Below, in pieces: positions 41,434 through 51,979 of a stretch of 64,000 nucleotides of DNA. Position 1 is the first letter of the stretch; every line of letters begins with the position of its first letter. The notes under the pieces are model-generated. The model was not told the DNA's origin, searched no databases, and saw only the letters and a program-made list of their open reading frames with translations. A program made the translations under genes and the position numbers. The stretch is from Alphaproteobacteria bacterium (GTDB lineage: Bacteria > Pseudomonadota > Alphaproteobacteria > GCA-2731375): the NCBI GenBank assembly GCA_965225945.1, contig CBDDBZ010000037.1, positions 288,001 to 352,000 of the forward strand, in the 5' to 3' direction.

Positions 41434-41460
41434 GCTGTTCTCGAGAAACCGAGATGGCTG

Positions 41461-41489
41461 TTCCTACCGCTCGCGAGCTCCGCTAGACT
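41461..41489 (+). promoter_or_regulatory. Putative sigma70 leaderless promoter TTCCTA-N17-TAGACT-N6-ATG (equivalents at 19590-19618 and 32917-32945, minus strand)
   Basis: Same spacing in front of all three cyclase genes; no SD sequence. Confidence 0.6.
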
Positions 41490-41495
41490 TGAGCC

Positions 41496-43244
41496 ATGTC
41501 GGAACGGGTACAACGCAGATTGGCGGCGATCGTATCCGCCGATGTGGTCGGCTATTCGCGTCTCATGGGCGCGGACGAGGTCGGCACCCACGCTCGCCTC
41601 AAGGCCCGTTTTTCGGAACAGGTCGAGCCGAAGATCGCCGAGCACGGCGGTCGCGTCGTGAAGCTCATGGGGGGACGGACTGTTGGCCGAATTTCCGAGC
41701 GTCGTCGACGCCGTGAATTGGGCCGTCGAGGTCCAGGCCGAGGTGGCGGAGCTGAGCGCCGAGGAGCCCGATGAACAACGGATCGAGTACAGGATGGGCG
41801 TGAACCTTGGCGATGTCATCGCGGATGGCGACGATATCTACGGCGACGGCGTGAATATAGCCGCTCGATTGCAGGAGATCGCCGAACCCGGTGGCGTCTG
41901 TATCTCGGAGAAGGTGCATGCCGAGGTGCTCGGAAAGCTCGGCGTTGAATTCGCCGATGGCGGCGCTCAGGCAATGAAGAACATCGCCCTGCCGGTCCAG
42001 GTCTGGCATTGGTCGCTCACCGCCGCTCCGGTTGTGGCCGCTCCCGCCGACAAGGCGCTGGCGCTGCCCGACAAGCCCTCCATCGCCGTGCTGCCCTTCG
42101 ACAACATGAGCGGCGATCCGGAGCAAGAGTTCTTTGCCGATGGCATAACCGAGGACATTATTACCGAGCTATCTCGATTTCGCGACTTGCTCGTGATTTC
42201 CCGCAACTCGGCATTCTTTTACAAGGGCAAGGCCATCAATGTTCAAGAAGTCGCCAAGGATCTCGACGTACAGTACGTCGTCGAGGGGAGCGTCCGTAAG
42301 GCGGGAAATCGTGTCCGAATAAGTGTGCAGTTGATTGACGCTGGTGTCGATCGGCATGTTTGGGCCGAGCGTTACGACCGAGACCTCGAGGATATATTCG
42401 CGGTTCAAGACGAAGTTACTTCCTCCATCGTCTCCACGCTTCCGGGACGCATCGAGGCCGCCGCCCGAGAGCGGGTGGAACGAAAACTTCCCGAGAACAT
42501 GGTGGCCTATGAGTCTGTGTTGGCTGGAAAGTTGCTCCATCACAAGTCGAACAAGGAAGATAATCAAAAAGCTCAAGTCCTGCTCGACCGTGCCATAGGC
42601 CTAGATCCAAAATACGCGCATGCACACGCTTGGAAGGCCTGCACGTTGGGATAAGCATGGGGGTATGGGTGGTGTGTCGATAAAGACGTCACGTGGGACG
42701 AAGTTGTCTCGGAACTCCAGATCGCGCTTGCGCTCGACGATAACGATAGCGATGTCCACCGGATCCTAGCCGCCGTCGATGTGACACGAGGCGATCTTGA
42801 TAAAGCGATGTATCATCAGGAGCGTGCGTTGAGCCTCAATCCGAATGATGACCTGATTGTCGTGCAGCAAGGAGAAGTTCTGACTTGGCTTGGGCAAGCC
42901 GAGGAAGGAATTAAATGGATAAAAATGCGATGCGGCTCAACCCTTATCACCCGGAACGATTCTGGAGCCATTTGGGTCGGGCATACTTCGTGGCACACCG
43001 ATATGATGAAGCGATCGAGGCATTCAAGCGCATTGCTACACTAGATTACACACACCATGCGTTCCTTGCCGCCAGCTTTGCCCAGATGGATGATGTTGTG
43101 GTAGCGAGAAATCATGCGGAAGTCGTGATACGAGAAGAGGCGACATTCACCGTGAGCGGTTACTTGGAAACACTTCACTATGGGCACGATACGGATCGTG
43201 AACACCATCGTGAAGCTCTGTCGAAAGCTGGTTTGCCGCCGTAA
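41496..43244 (+). pseudogene. Adenylate cyclase/TolB-like/TPR protein with two frameshifts and one premature stop
   Basis: Extra G at ~41669-41674, TAA at 42652-42654, short A-run at ~42921-42925; ends ALSKAGLPP*. Confidence 0.88.
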
Positions 43245-43255
43245 CGGCGGACATT

Positions 43256-43371
43256 TCACCCGACGCCCGCTGGATTGCCGCGCTGCGCCGCCGCCTCGGC
43301 GAGGCGGGGGCACCGATTTCGCGCGGCGAGATCCGCTTGGCCCGCTCCAACGGGCGCGGCCAGGCGAGGTG
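43256..43371 (-). pseudogene. 3' end of a paralog/allele of the LLM monooxygenase
   Basis: HLAWPRPLERAKRISPREIGA versus HLAWPKPMERAKRVSPREIGA at 55.4 kb. Confidence 0.8.
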
Positions 43372-43568
43372 ACGGGCGAAATCCTCGGCTAGACCGTCGC
43401 CGTCTATTGTCGGGGGTAGACTCTCCATTGGGTTGGGGTGGCAGATGCGGTGAGTCGTAGACCCTATGTCCGTTGAGGTTTCGACGCCGGGACCAGGTGT
43501 CCGCCTCAGCATGTAGTTTCGAGGGTTGCACGCGTTTGCGTGCCTATCCTCATACATGGGAGACGGAC

Positions 43569-44684
43569 ATGACGGACGATATCACCTTTGTTGGCTTGGA
43601 TGTTTCGAAGGAGACGATTTCGGTCGGGATCGCGCCGGGTGATCCGCGAGAGGCGGTTCATTATTTCGGCACCATCGTGTACCGACCGACGGCGCTCTAT
43701 TCGCTCTGCAAGAAGCTGTCGCGGGACGGCGCGCGTCTTCACTTCTGCTATGAGGCTGGCCCGTTCGGCTATTCCCTGCATCGCCGGCTTTTGGACTGGG
43801 GCCACACCTGCGATGTGGTGGCGCCCTCGCTGATCCCCAAGCGGCCCGGTGACCGGGTCAAGACGGACCGGCGGGACGCGCTGAGCCTGGCTTCGTTGTT
43901 GCGTGCCGGACAGTTGACCGCGGTCTGGGTGCCCGACGCGAGCCACGAGGCGGTTCGCGCGCTGGTGCGCCTGCGCCACCTGGCGGCGGGCGACGTGCGC
44001 CGGGCCAAGCAGCAGATCCTGGGCTTCTGCCTGATGCATGATCGGGTGTATCGGGCGGGTACGACGCATTGGACGAAGACCCACCGGAACTGGCTGGTGG
44101 ATCAGAAGTTCGAGCACGGCGCTCTGGCGCTGACCTATTCGGAATTGCTTGGCCGTCTCGAACGGGCGGAAGAGATGCTGGCGCGAGCGCGCCTGGAGTT
44201 GCGGGAACACCTTGGCGGCTGGGCCTTGTATCCGGTCATGGACGCCCTTCAGGCGTTACGCGGCTTCGATTGGGAGAATGCCGCCATGGTCGCGGCGGAG
44301 ATCGGCGACTTCCAGCGCTTCCCCACGGCGGGCCATCTGATGGCCTACGTCGGCTTGGTGCCGTCGGAATATTCCAGCGGTGATCGACGCAAGCGGGGCA
44401 AGATCACCAAGTCGGGCAACGCCATGGTTCGCCGTGTCCTGGTGGAGGCAGCCTGGACCTATCGTCACCCGGCGCGCCAGTCGAGCCCGATCCGCGCCCG
44501 TTCAGCCCATCTGCCGGAGCCGATCCGCGACAAGGCCTGGCAGGCGCAGATACGATTGTGTCGTCGCATGCGCGATCTGCGCGGGCGCGGCAAACACCAG
44601 AACACCGTGCTGACCGCGGTGGCCCGGGAGCTGGCGGGGCACGTCTGGGCCATCGCCCGCATGGTGCCCCCGCCGATGGCATAA
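43569..44684 (+). CDS. IS110 DEDD recombinase
   Basis: FVGLDVSK, CYEAG, KTDRRDA, GLVPSEYSSG. Confidence 0.95.
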   Translation: MTDDITFVGLDVSKETISVGIAPGDPREAVHYFGTIVYRPTALYSLCKKLSRDGARLHFCYEAGPFGYSLHRRLLDWGHTCDVVAPSLIPKRPGDRVKTDRRDALSLASLLRAGQLTAVWVPDASHEAVRALVRLRHLAAGDVRRAKQQILGFCLMHDRVYRAGTTHWTKTHRNWLVDQKFEHGALALTYSELLGRLERAEEMLARARLELREHLGGWALYPVMDALQALRGFDWENAAMVAAEIGDFQRFPTAGHLMAYVGLVPSEYSSGDRRKRGKITKSGNAMVRRVLVEAAWTYRHPARQSSPIRARSAHLPEPIRDKAWQAQIRLCRRMRDLRGRGKHQNTVLTAVARELAGHVWAIARMVPPPMA

Positions 44685-44714
44685 ATCGCCGCGCGCCGAG
44701 CGGCGAATACCAAC

Positions 44715-44917
44715 ACGCCCGCTTGCGTGGGCAGCGGCGGTGGCGGCCACTTGGGGAACTCCCGTTCCTTGGCTATGGGCAGGATTGCATCCGATGCCCG
44801 TCTGTAGAGTCAGGACAGCCCCATCGGACATAGGGACATGCGGTAGTCGATCCGCGGATAAGAGCTTGATGGACCGTCGATCAAAGCCGTCCCGCCGCTG
44901 CCTTCCAAAGCGGGCGT
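44715..44917 (+). ncRNA. Predicted bridge/seek RNA of IS110 element A
   Basis: Long closing stem enclosing two internal loops that match the target and donor junctions. Confidence 0.75.
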
Positions 44918-45019
44918 CAGATACCCAGCACCCGGTGACGAGCCGGGTGAAAGGCCGCGTTCGTGCTTGACAGGGGAGAGGACATAAGAGCCAGAAACGG
45001 TCCCTTAGACATCTCTAAT

Positions 45020-45130
45020 GCACTTGTCCGTCAGAGCATGCAGGAACAGGGCAGGGCCGGGATCTTCAAGGCGTTTCGAATCTCGGTCAGGGAAGTCCTA
45101 CGCGACGACACCCTGGCCGAGCGCGTCGAA
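45020..45130 (+). pseudogene. Possible C-terminal fragment of an antibiotic-biosynthesis-monooxygenase-like gene
   Basis: QEQGRAGIFKAFRISVREVLRD resembles the ABM C-terminus; weak. Confidence 0.3.
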
Positions 45131-45335
45131 ATTGATCGGGCGGAGCCTCCGGGCCCGTACTTCACATTTGACAGTTGAAATACACGGCACTCGCCTTACC
45201 ATGATTTCGTGAGGTGGAAGTGCCGACGCTCGTTCGCGGGCGCTTCCGACCATCGAGGGAACCAGAGGGAGGTCTCCACAATATGAACACGGCGGTGTGT
45301 CGCGTGGCCTCCCGCCATGTCCAGGGGAGGGCAGC

Positions 45336-46509
45336 ATGTCCAGTGACCATGAAACCGTGCTCAGCGACGAGTTGTTGCGGCACTGTGCCGAGCGGGCGCC
45401 GAGATACGATACCGAGAACAGCTTCTTCATCGAGGATTTCGAGGAACTGAAAGCCGCCGGCTACCTGAACGGACCGATTCCGAAGGAGCTTGGCGGCGGC
45501 GGCCTGACGCTGGCGCGGTCCTGCGCCGAGCAGACCCGTCTCGCCTACCATGCGCCGGCGACCGCGCTGGCCATCAACATGCACCTCTACTGGGTCGGCG
45601 TCGCCGCCGACCTCTGGCGTTGGGGGGATAAATCGCTGGAGTGGCTGCTGAGCGAGAGCGTCGCCGGCGAGGTTTTCGCCGCCGGCCATTCCGAGCGCGG
45701 CAACGACTTGCCGATCTTCCTTTCCACGGCAACGGCGAGGAAGGCCGACGGCGGTTATCGCTTTTCGGGCCACAAGATGTTCGGCAGCCTGACGCCCGTC
45801 TGGACCCGCTTCGGCATCCACGCCCTGGAGGCGGATCACGCCGACGGACCCCAGATCATCCACGCCTTCATGCCACGCGAGGCCGAGGGCCATACCATAA
45901 AGGAGACCTGGGACGTCCTCGGGATGCGGGCGACACGCTCGGACGACACCATTCTCGACGACGTCTTTGTCGAGGATAAGTACATCGCTCGCACCGTGCC
46001 GGCCGGCCAAGGTGACCCCTTCGTCCTCGCCCTCTTCGCCTGGGCGCTTCTGGGCTTCGCCAGCATTTATTGCGGCGTTGCCCAGCGCGCCATCGACTTG
46101 GTGCTGCCGGGTATCAATGCGAAGAGCTCGCTCGGCCTCGGCCGCTCGATGGCCTACCACCCGGAGGTCCAGCACGCGGTGGCCCAGATGGTGCTCGCCA
46201 ACGAGAGCATCGGCCCCCTACCTCGAGCGAACCTGCGCCGATTGGACGGACGGCGTCGACCACGGCGAGGCCTGGCCGTCCAAGATCGTCGCCACCAAGT
46301 ATCATGCGGTCGAGACCTGCTGGAAGGTCGTCGACATGGCGATGGACGCCTCCGGCGGCACCGGCATGTTCCGAGGTACCGAGCTGGAACGCCTGTTCCG
46401 CGATGCCCGTTGCGGCCGCTTCCATCCGGCCAATTCGAATCTGACCCACGAAATCGTGGCCAAGACGGCACTCGGCATCGACCTCGCCGAGCAGCCGCGC
46501 TGGGGCTGA
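45336..46509 (+). pseudogene. Acyl-CoA dehydrogenase family protein, frameshift at a C-run near 46214-46218 (possibly a sequencing error)
   Basis: RAPRYD, NMH, GHKMFGS, WDVLGMRATRS, LERLFRDARCGRFHP. Confidence 0.88.
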
Positions 46510-46844
46510 GGATGATGTGATCGCTCGGGCCCTGGGCTCGGCCGATCGCTGTCGATTCACGGGCTTCGAGCCAGCGAATTCATTGCCAAGGCAAGGAAAC
46601 GCTCCAGGCAAACATCATCGGCCGAATTTGGGAAATTTGCCCGGTAGTTTACGCAAAGCGGGCAGACCGTGATGGCCGTTTTGGGGTCACGAATCGTAAC
46701 TACCCAGGTACCCCGCTCCTGACCGCGAGAGGATGATGTAGGTGGTCGCCGGGGCCGGGTTTCCGCCGCCGCGTCGTTGATCGTCTCTTGACTCCATAGA
46801 ATCGGGCGTCTATGGGTTGCGCTCTCGTGTGACGGGAGCGGCGC

Positions 46845-47510
46845 GTGGAATATTTTGGGTCGAAGGCGACGAGCGGTCTGTGCCAGGCGCTGATTGCGCT
46901 GATGCCGCCGCACAGCGTTTACATCGAGAGCCACCTGGGGGGCGGTGCGCTGATGAAGCGCAAGCCAACGGGCGTGCGCTCGATCGGCATCGACCGCGAT
47001 GCGCAGGCGCTCGAGGCCTTTGCCTGTGACTACCCGGTCGAGTTGGTGCATGGCTGTGCCCATGCCTTTTTGGCCTCGTTCCCGTTTCTGGGCCCGGAGC
47101 TGGTCTACAGCGATCCCCCCTATCTGCACGCGACCCGCCGTTCGGCACGGCGCTATCGCTTCGACTACGAGGAGGTCGACCATGTCGCGCTCCTGGACCT
47201 GCTCAAGGATCTGCCCTGCCAGGTGATGGTCTCGGGCCATCCCTCGGCGCTCTATGACGAGATGCTGGCGGGCTGGCGCAGTCTGGCGCTGCAGGTGACG
47301 ACCCAGGCCCAGGTGCGGACCGAGGTCGTGTGGTTCAACTTCGCGCCCGACCGGGTGCATTGGGCGAGCTACGCAGGCCGGAACTTCACCGACCGCCAGC
47401 GCATCAAGCGTAAGGCGGCCAACTGGGGCCGGCGTTACAAGGCCTTGCCGGCGGGCGAACGCCTCGCGGTGCTGGCCGCCATGATGGCCGTCGATGCCGA
47501 GGACCCGTGA
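46845..47510 (+). CDS. Compact Dam/D12-like DNA adenine methyltransferase
   Basis: YFGSK (motif X), ESHLGGGA (motif I), GIDRD (motif II), YSDPPY (motif IV), VMVSG, TEVVW; GGGAG RBS. Confidence 0.85.
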   Translation: MEYFGSKATSGLCQALIALMPPHSVYIESHLGGGALMKRKPTGVRSIGIDRDAQALEAFACDYPVELVHGCAHAFLASFPFLGPELVYSDPPYLHATRRSARRYRFDYEEVDHVALLDLLKDLPCQVMVSGHPSALYDEMLAGWRSLALQVTTQAQVRTEVVWFNFAPDRVHWASYAGRNFTDRQRIKRKAANWGRRYKALPAGERLAVLAAMMAVDAEDP

Positions 47511-49045
47511 CGCTGTCGCGCTGGCACGAGGACCTCGCCGCCCATGACGAGGCCTTCGCGTGCCTGCAAGATCTTCTTGACCCCTCATCCTTCGCAATCA
47601 CAGTCGTCAAGGCCTTCCGGGAATGGGGCCAGGGGCTGTTGCGCCTGGCCACGGCGCTCGTCCGGGAGAATGCCGCGCTCGAGCGGGAGAACGCGACCCT
47701 GCGGGACCGCATCGCCGAGCTCGAGCGGAGCGCGGCGCTTGACAGCACCACCAGCAGCAAGCCGCCCGCCAGCGACGGCCTGCGCAAGAAGAGCGGAACC
47801 CAGAGGCGCACCCGAAGCCAGCGCGGCAAGTCCGGCAGGCCAAGCGGCGGCCAGCCGGGCCACAAGGGAACGACGCTGGCGCGGACCGAGAGCCCGGACC
47901 ATGTTGTGGATCATGACCCCTCCGCCTGTTCGGGCTGCGGCGCACCGCTGTCGGACGCCGACCGTCACCGCGCGCCCGTCTGTCGACAGGTCTTCGATGT
48001 GCCCGAGCCACGCCCCCTGGAGGTCACCGAACACCGCGCCCATCGCTGCCTCTGCGGCGCCTGCGCCACCGTGACAGGAGCCGTCTTCCCGGACGGCGTG
48101 ACCGCCCCGGTCCAGTACGGGCCACGCATCACCGCCTGGGTGAGCTACCTGCTGTACGCCCAGTTCGTTCCCGAGAAGCGCTTGGCCGAACTCATGAGCG
48201 ACCTCTTCGCAGTGTCCATCTCCACAGCCACGATCACCGCCATGGGCCGGCGAATCGCCAGGCGCTTCGAGCCCTTCCTCGCCCATGTCGCAGACGTGAT
48301 CCGCACAGCGGTCCCGGTCAAGCACCTCGACGAAACCGGCCTGCGGATCGCCGCCCGTACCCGCTGGCTCCACGTGCTGTGCACCCCATTCCTGACCGTC
48401 CTGCGCATCGGCGCGGGACGCGGCGATGTCGAAAAGGACCTCGAAGGCATCCTCATCCATGACGATTACGCCGCCTACTTCACCCTCAAGGGCGTGCGCC
48501 ACGGCGCCTGCAACGCCCATCACCTGCGCGAACTCCAGGCCCTGATCGACATCGAGAAGGAAGACTGGGCAAAGAGCATGCACCGCCTCCTTGAGCGCGC
48601 ACACAGGGCTACCCGCTTCTCCCGTGAGAACGGCCGCGACGTGCCCGCCTCCCTGGTGGCCCGGATCTCGCGGGCCTGGGCCCGCATCCTCGACCACGCC
48701 ATCGCCTTCCACGAGGCGCAGCCGCCGCTCCGGACCGGCAAGCGCGGACGAAAGAAACGCCGCATCGGTCATAACCTCGCGCTCCGCCTCCGCAAGCACA
48801 AGGAGGGATGCCTGCGATTCCTCACCGACCCGCGCACGCCGTTTACGAACAATGAGGCCGAACGTGACCTCCGAATGGCCAAGCTGCGCCAGAAGATCTC
48901 CGGTGGCTTCCGCTCCGAGAGGGGTGCCTACAACTTCGCCAGAATGCGTGCCGTCATCGCCACCGCCCGAAAGCAAGGCTGGAACGTCCTCCAGACCCTG
49001 GTGCATCCCGATCCGATGCAACTAATCCCCCAACTGCGCCTCTGA
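47507..49045 (+). CDS. IS66 transposase TnpC
   Basis: SSKPPASD, GGQPGHKG, DETG, CNAHHLREL, FTNNEAERD; GTGA overlap with the MTase. Confidence 0.95.
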   Translation: MTLSRWHEDLAAHDEAFACLQDLLDPSSFAITVVKAFREWGQGLLRLATALVRENAALERENATLRDRIAELERSAALDSTTSSKPPASDGLRKKSGTQRRTRSQRGKSGRPSGGQPGHKGTTLARTESPDHVVDHDPSACSGCGAPLSDADRHRAPVCRQVFDVPEPRPLEVTEHRAHRCLCGACATVTGAVFPDGVTAPVQYGPRITAWVSYLLYAQFVPEKRLAELMSDLFAVSISTATITAMGRRIARRFEPFLAHVADVIRTAVPVKHLDETGLRIAARTRWLHVLCTPFLTVLRIGAGRGDVEKDLEGILIHDDYAAYFTLKGVRHGACNAHHLRELQALIDIEKEDWAKSMHRLLERAHRATRFSRENGRDVPASLVARISRAWARILDHAIAFHEAQPPLRTGKRGRKKRRIGHNLALRLRKHKEGCLRFLTDPRTPFTNNEAERDLRMAKLRQKISGGFRSERGAYNFARMRAVIATARKQGWNVLQTLVHPDPMQLIPQLRL

Positions 49046-49172
49046 GAACACCGGCACCGCTACCAGCCCGGACCCCCACGATCCCTCACATACAAACGCT
49101 CGGGCCAATCAGACCTGGGTAGTTACCACGAATCTCGAATTAGTCGGCTGTTAAGAAGCGGTTCTGACCGCC

Positions 49173-49373
49173 GGCATTGAGATCGAGTCGGCCGATATGG
49201 CGGCGATGGTTTTGCGCGAGAGAAGCTTCAGCCACCGGAGGAGGAGGCGGAAGTCGTAGCCAGGGGCGCTATGCGGGCATTGTGATCAAGTCGGCCAATA
49301 CGGCGGCGATGATTTTACGCAAAAAAAGCTTCAGCCACCTGAGGAGGAGGCGGAAGTTGTAGCCGGCGGCGCT
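49173..49373. repeat. Diverged ~100-bp tandem duplicate of the IS5 transposase 3' end
   Basis: GGCATTG...AAGCTTCAGCCACC.GAGGAGGAGGCGGAAGT.GTAGCC...GGCGCT occurs twice, period ~103 bp. Confidence 0.85.
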
Positions 49374-49752
49374 CATCACGGCGTTGATCCGGTCGCCGAG
49401 CCGTCCCTTCAGGTAGTTCCGGTCGAGATGGCCGTCGGTCTTGCAATGGCCGATGACGGCCTCGATGGCGCTTCGTCGCCGGAGCTCCTTTTTGATCTGG
49501 CCGTGGACGCCGCGCTTCTGGCCCGACTTGAAGACCCGCAGCGGCTTCGGCGCATCGTGGCCCCGGTAGCCCTTGTCGACATAGACCCGCTCGATCGCGC
49601 GCCCCGTCAGGGTCTCGGTCTCCTCCAGCACCTCCTTTGTGGAACGGCGTGCAAAGTTGACCCCTGTTGAGGGGTGATCGGCGTCCAAATTTGACCCCCT
49701 GAGCCTGGCTAGTCCAAGTCACCTCGTTTTTGGGCGGACGAGGTGGTGGGGG

Positions 49753-51264
49753 ATGTTGGTCGTGGAGACGATAGCGCGGATCCGGCGGGAGTATTTCGTC
49801 AAGGGGAAGCCGATCAAGGAGATCGTGCGGGACGTGAAGGTCTCGGGCAACACGGTGCGCAAGGTGATCCGTTCGCAGGCGACGGCGTTCACCTACGACC
49901 GGCGGGTCCAGCCGATGCCGAAGCTGGGGCCGTGGACGGCCGAGCTGGAGCGGATGCTGGAGGCCAACGAGACCAAGTCGAAGCGGGAGCGGCTGACGCT
50001 GCTACGGATCTCCGAAGCCCTCGAGGGTCTGGGCTATGGCGGCGGCTACGACGCGGTGCGGCGCTACGCCAAGGCGTGGCGGTGGCGCCGTTCGGCATCG
50101 ACGGCGCAGACCTATGTGCCGTTGGTGTTCTCGCCGGGCGAGGCCTATCAGTTCGACTGGAGCCACGAGTACGTGGTGCTGGCGGGGGTGACGACCAAGG
50201 TCAAGGTCGCGCACGTCCGGCTGTGCCACAGCCGAATGTTCTTCGTCCGCGCTTATCCGCGCGAGAGCCAGGAGATGGTGTTCGACGCCCACGACCGGGC
50301 ATTCCGGCTGTTCCAGGGTGCCTGCCGGCGAGGCATCTACGACAACATGAAGACGGCGGTGCAGACCGTCCTCATCGGCAAGGAGCGCGCGTTCAACCGG
50401 CGCTTCGTGCAGATGTGTGGCCACTACCTGGTCGAACCGACAGCATGCACGCCGGGAGCGGGATGGGAGAAGGGGCAGGTCGAGAACCAGGTCGGGATCA
50501 TCCGCGGTCGGTTCTTCACCCCGCGGCTGCGCTTCAAGACCTACGACGAGCTCAACGCCTGGCTCTTGGACCAGTGCGTCGCCTACGCCCGGCGTCATCC
50601 CCACCCGGTGTTCAAGGACAGGACTGTCTGGCAGGTGTTCGAGGACGAGCGTCCGTCCCTGGTCGGCTATCGCGGGCCGTTCGACGGCTTCCACGCGGTC
50701 CCGGCGTCGGTGTCGAAGACCTGCCTGGTGCGCTTCGACAGCAACAAGTACAGCGTGGCGGCGCGCGCCGTCGGCCGTCCGGTCGAGGTCCATGCCTACG
50801 CCGATCGCATCGTCATCCGCCAGGACGGCGAGATCGTCGCCGAGCATGCCCGGCGCTTCGGCCGCGACCAGACCGTCTATGACCCGTGGCACTACGTGCC
50901 CGTGCTGGCGAGGAAGCCCGGTGCGCTTCGTAACGGCGCGCCGTTCAAGGACTGGGCGCTGCCCGGCGCCCTGGGTCGCGTGCGCGTCCGGCTCGCCGGC
51001 CACGACGACGGCGACAGGCAGATGGTCGAGATCCTCACCGCCGTGCTGGCGGATGGGCTGGCGGCGGTGGAGGCCGCCTGTGCCGAGGCGCTCGCTGGCG
51101 GCGTGTGCAGCGCCGACGTCGTGCTCAACATCCTCAATCGTCGGCGCCAGCCGTCCGAGACGGCGCCGATCCCGACGCCCGCGAACCTGCGTCTTCGCTT
51201 TGAGCCGGTGGCCGATTGCACCCGCTACGACCGCTTGAGGGGGGTCGGCCATGGAGCGCCATGA
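49753..51264 (+). CDS. istA: IS21 transposase IstA
   Basis: [27 protein letters not shown]. Confidence 0.95.
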   Translation: MLVVETIARIRREYFVKGKPIKEIVRDVKVSGNTVRKVIRSQATAFTYDRRVQPMPKLGPWTAELERMLEANETKSKRERLTLLRISEALEGLGYGGGYDAVRRYAKAWRWRRSASTAQTYVPLVFSPGEAYQFDWSHEYVVLAGVTTKVKVAHVRLCHSRMFFVRAYPRESQEMVFDAHDRAFRLFQGACRRGIYDNMKTAVQTVLIGKERAFNRRFVQMCGHYLVEPTACTPGAGWEKGQVENQVGIIRGRFFTPRLRFKTYDELNAWLLDQCVAYARRHPHPVFKDRTVWQVFEDERPSLVGYRGPFDGFHAVPASVSKTCLVRFDSNKYSVAARAVGRPVEVHAYADRIVIRQDGEIVAEHARRFGRDQTVYDPWHYVPVLARKPGALRNGAPFKDWALPGALGRVRVRLAGHDDGDRQMVEILTAVLADGLAAVEAACAEALAGGVCSADVVLNILNRRRQPSETAPIPTPANLRLRFEPVADCTRYDRLRGVGHGAP

Positions 51265-51979
51265 GGTCCTGGAGATGATGGCCGCACTCAAGCTCGCCGG
51301 CATGCGCGACGCGTTCGACGAGGTGCTCGCCGACGGCCTCAAGCGCCAGCATCCGATGCAGCGAATCATCGGCGAGCTGTTGAAGGCCGAGATCGCCGAC
51401 AAGCAGGCGCGATCCATCAAGTACCAGATGAGTGGCGCCAAGCTGCCGCTGGCCAAGGAGCTGGCCGACTTCGACTTCACCGACACCCCGGTCAACGAGC
51501 CGCTGGTCCGCGAGTTGGCGGTCGGCGGCTTCCTGGCCAACCAGCGCAACGCCGTGCTGATCGGCGGCACCGGCACCGGCAAGAGCCATCTCGCCGTCGC
51601 CATCGCGCGGGCCTGCATCCGCGATGGCGCCCGGGGCCGCTTCTTCAACGTCGTCGACCTGGTCAACCGGCTCGAGGCCGAAGCCCGCGCCGGCCGCCAG
51701 GGCCGGCTCGCCGATCAGCTGGCCCGGCGCGACCTCGTCATCCTCGACGAGCTCGGCTACCTGCCCTTCGCCCAAACCGGAGGCCAGCTGCTGTTCCACC
51801 TCGTCAGCCGGCTCTACGAGCGCACCTCGATCATCGTCACCACCAACCTGACCTTCGGCGAATGGCCGTCCGTCTTCGGCGACGCCAAGATGACCACCGC
51901 GCTCCTCGATCGTCTGACGCACCACTGCGAGATCATCGAGACCGGAAACGACTCCTGGCGCTTCAAGAATCGGTCCTAA
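51251..51979 (+). CDS. istB: IS21 helper ATPase IstB
   Basis: Walker A and B motifs. Confidence 0.95.
   Translation: MERHEVLEMMAALKLAGMRDAFDEVLADGLKRQHPMQRIIGELLKAEIADKQARSIKYQMSGAKLPLAKELADFDFTDTPVNEPLVRELAVGGFLANQRNAVLIGGTGTGKSHLAVAIARACIRDGARGRFFNVVDLVNRLEAEARAGRQGRLADQLARRDLVILDELGYLPFAQTGGQLLFHLVSRLYERTSIIVTTNLTFGEWPSVFGDAKMTTALLDRLTHHCEIIETGNDSWRFKNRS

Larger units (their letters stand above)
43462..44989 (+). mobile_element. Complete IS110/IS1111-type element A
   Basis: Subterminal IR TATGTCC/GGACATA; AGA core at both junctions; ~300-nt 3' non-coding end; outward TTGACA at 44967. Confidence 0.88.
46696..49126 (+). mobile_element. IS66-family element carrying a passenger DNA methyltransferase
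   Basis: IR GTAACTACCCAGGT at both ends; 8-bp TSD CACGAATC (46688-46695, 49127-49134). Confidence 0.95.
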
